From the NCBI RefSeq assembly GCF_039654945.1, contig NW_027361700.1, positions 2,294,001 through 2,358,000 on the forward strand: a stretch of DNA of 64,000 nucleotides, in the 5' to 3' direction. Under the pieces are notes generated by a model. It was not told the origin of the DNA, ran no database searches, and saw only the letters and a program-made list of their open reading frames with translations. Positions 62,060-64,000 of the stretch are shown here, piece after piece. Source of the DNA: Dendrobates tinctorius (taxonomy: Eukaryota). Made by a program: the position numbers and the translations under genes. How positions within the stretch are numbered: the stretch's first letter is position 1; each line of letters begins with the position of its first letter.

Positions 62060-63410
62060 ATTGTGCCCCATATGATCTCCCCATCTGTCTCCATCGTATC
62101 CATCCTGCCCCATGATCCTGCCCCATCTGTCTCCAATCCTGCCCCCTGTGTCTCCAATCCTGCCCCATGTCTCCATTTTGCCCTGTTTCCAATCATGCCC
62201 CTTGTGTCTTTCATCCTGCCCCCTTTGTCTCCAATAATGCCCCCTGTGTCTGCAATCATGCCACCTGTACCTGCAATCCTGCCCCCATGTCTTTCATCCT
62301 GCCCCCTTTGTCTCCAATCATGCCCCCTGTACCTGCAATCCTGCCCCCTGTGTCTTCAGTCCTGCCCCAGTGTCTCCAGTCCTGTCCCTGTGTCTCCAAT
62401 CATGCCCCTTGTCTGCCATCCTGCCCCCAGTGTCTGCCATCCTGCCCCCTGTATCTCCAATCCTGCCCCCTGTATCTCCAATCCTGCCCCCTGTATCCAA
62501 TCCTGCCCCGTATCCACCCTGCCCCCAATCATGCCCCAATGTTTCCATCCTGCCCCGTATGTTTCCATCCTGCCCCCAATGTCTCCAATCCTGCCCTGTC
62601 TCCATCTTTCCCCAATGTCTCCAATCCTGCCCCGTCTCCATCCTGCCCCGTCTCCACCCTGCCCCCAATGTCTCTAATCCTGCTATCTCCATCTTGCCCC
62701 GTCTCCATCCTGCCCCCGTCTCCAATCCTGCCCTCGTCTCCAATCCTGCCCTGTCTCCAATACTGCCCCCAATGTCCCCAATCCTGCCCCCAATGTCTCC
62801 AATCCTGCCCCATCTCCATCCTGCCCCCGTCTCCATCCTTCCCCGTCTCCATTCTGCCCCATCTCCAATCCTGCCGCCTCCAATCCTGCCCCCATCCTGT
62901 CCCATCTCCAATCCTGCCCCATCTCCATCTTGCCCCTAATGTCTCCATCCTGCCCCATCTCCATCCTGCCCCATTTCCATCCTGCCCCAAATGTCTCCAA
63001 TCCTGCCCCCAATGTCTCCAATCCTGCCCCCAATGTCTCCTATCCTGCCCCAATGTCTCCAATCCTGACCCGTCTCCAATCCTGCCCCCGTCTGCATCCT
63101 GCCCCTGTCTCCATCCTGCTCCATCTCCAACCTGCCCCTTATGTCTCCATCCTGCCCCCAATGTCTCCATTCTGCCCCCAATGTCTCCATTCTGCCCCAT
63201 CTCCATCCTGCCCCCAATGTCTCCAATCATGCCCTGTCTCCAATCCTGCCCCGTCTCCATCCTGCCCCATCTCCATCCTGCCCCATCTCCATCCTGCCCC
63301 ATCGTCATCCTGCCCCCATCTCCACCCTGCCCCCAATGTCTCCAATCATGCCCCGTCTCCAATACTGCTTGTCTCCATCTTGCCTCCCCGCTGTCTCCAA
63401 TCTGCCCTGG
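62060..63410. repeat. C-rich minisatellite (TCTCCA(A)TCCTGCCCC variants)
   Basis: Direct reading. Confidence 0.95.
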
Positions 63411-63761
63411 CAGGATGGAGACACATAGTCCATGTGTCTCCATCCTGCAGGGAAACATAATTAAATTAAAAAAAAAAAACTTTCTTCTTACCTGGCCACG
63501 CTCCTGCTGGAAGATGCAGCTCCTGTGTGATCTCAAATGGTGAAGGCATGTGATCAGCTCCGCCCCCTGATCACATGACGATGACGTCACCACAGGTCCT
63601 CCAACGCTTTGGCGCTGCTCTCCAACTTCGTCAGCAGCGATACGCGTAGGGCTCCCCACATCATCCTCGGTCCCGGGACCACTGTCCCATTTGCCTTGCC
63701 ATCCCCGACGCCCTGATATGTGCTCTCCTGGTTGGTGACTTGCTGGCTATTTTAGCCCTAA

Positions 63762-64000
63762 GGCCGGGGTCACACTAACCGACGCAAAATACGGTCCATA
63801 GTTTACATGCGTAATACGGATGAATGGCCCCTAAATAGTGCTCCGTATGTCATCCGTAAGCAAGGTGTGGTCGCGTATTTTGCGCATGTCAGCATCCGTA
63901 TGTAATCCGTATGGCATCCGTATGCTGAGATTTTCTCGCAGCCTTGCAAAATGGACATTTAATGGTTTTGAGGCCTGCTAACTATTTAAATAATTAGCCT
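63762..64000. mobile_element. Start of a Harbinger-type element running off the window
   Basis: TAA|GGCCGGGGTCACAC terminus, TCCGTA/TACGG subrepeats. Confidence 0.7.

Larger units (their letters stand above)
59981..63740 (-). mobile_element. Non-autonomous hAT-like element related to 45807-52241, opposite orientation
   Basis: 60080-60860 and 61700-61800 match the reverse complement of ~51400-52140 and ~47820-47930. Confidence 0.6.

Noticed and set aside
62063-63659. Proline-rich 458-aa and 376-aa ORFs
   Set aside because: Minisatellite artefacts on both strands.

Overview
Eukaryotic, repeat-saturated DNA. The TE families and motifs are typical of an anuran amphibian (inference), and no host gene can be supported. 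The window is a stack of nested mobile elements. DNA transposons: four Tc1-family copies (one DD36E) plus a relic, many PIF/Harbinger, hAT, piggyBac and Kolobok/T2-type MITEs, and two diverged Harbinger copies (transposase plus intron-containing MADF/BESS gene) joined head-to-head as a ~5.6 kb inverted repeat. Retroelements: an old CR1 LINE split into pieces with a 4x365-bp tandem amplification of its RT segment; a gag-pro-only Ty3/Gypsy element; a decayed Ngaro tyrosine-recombinase retrotransposon with an extra SGNH-hydrolase ORF; a full-length Gypsy element holding a young CR1; Penelope remnants, one with a hammerhead-ribozyme-like motif; five solo LTRs; and an ERV LTR-gag-pro relic. Most notable: (i) a Harbinger-type MITE family, present twice, carrying (TTAGGG)n telomere-like arrays, (ii) the head-to-head double Harbinger, (iii) a multi-template insertion in an LTR copied from sequence 3-5 kb downstream, (iv) the Penelope hammerhead variant. 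All family calls come from motif recognition by eye, not database searches.
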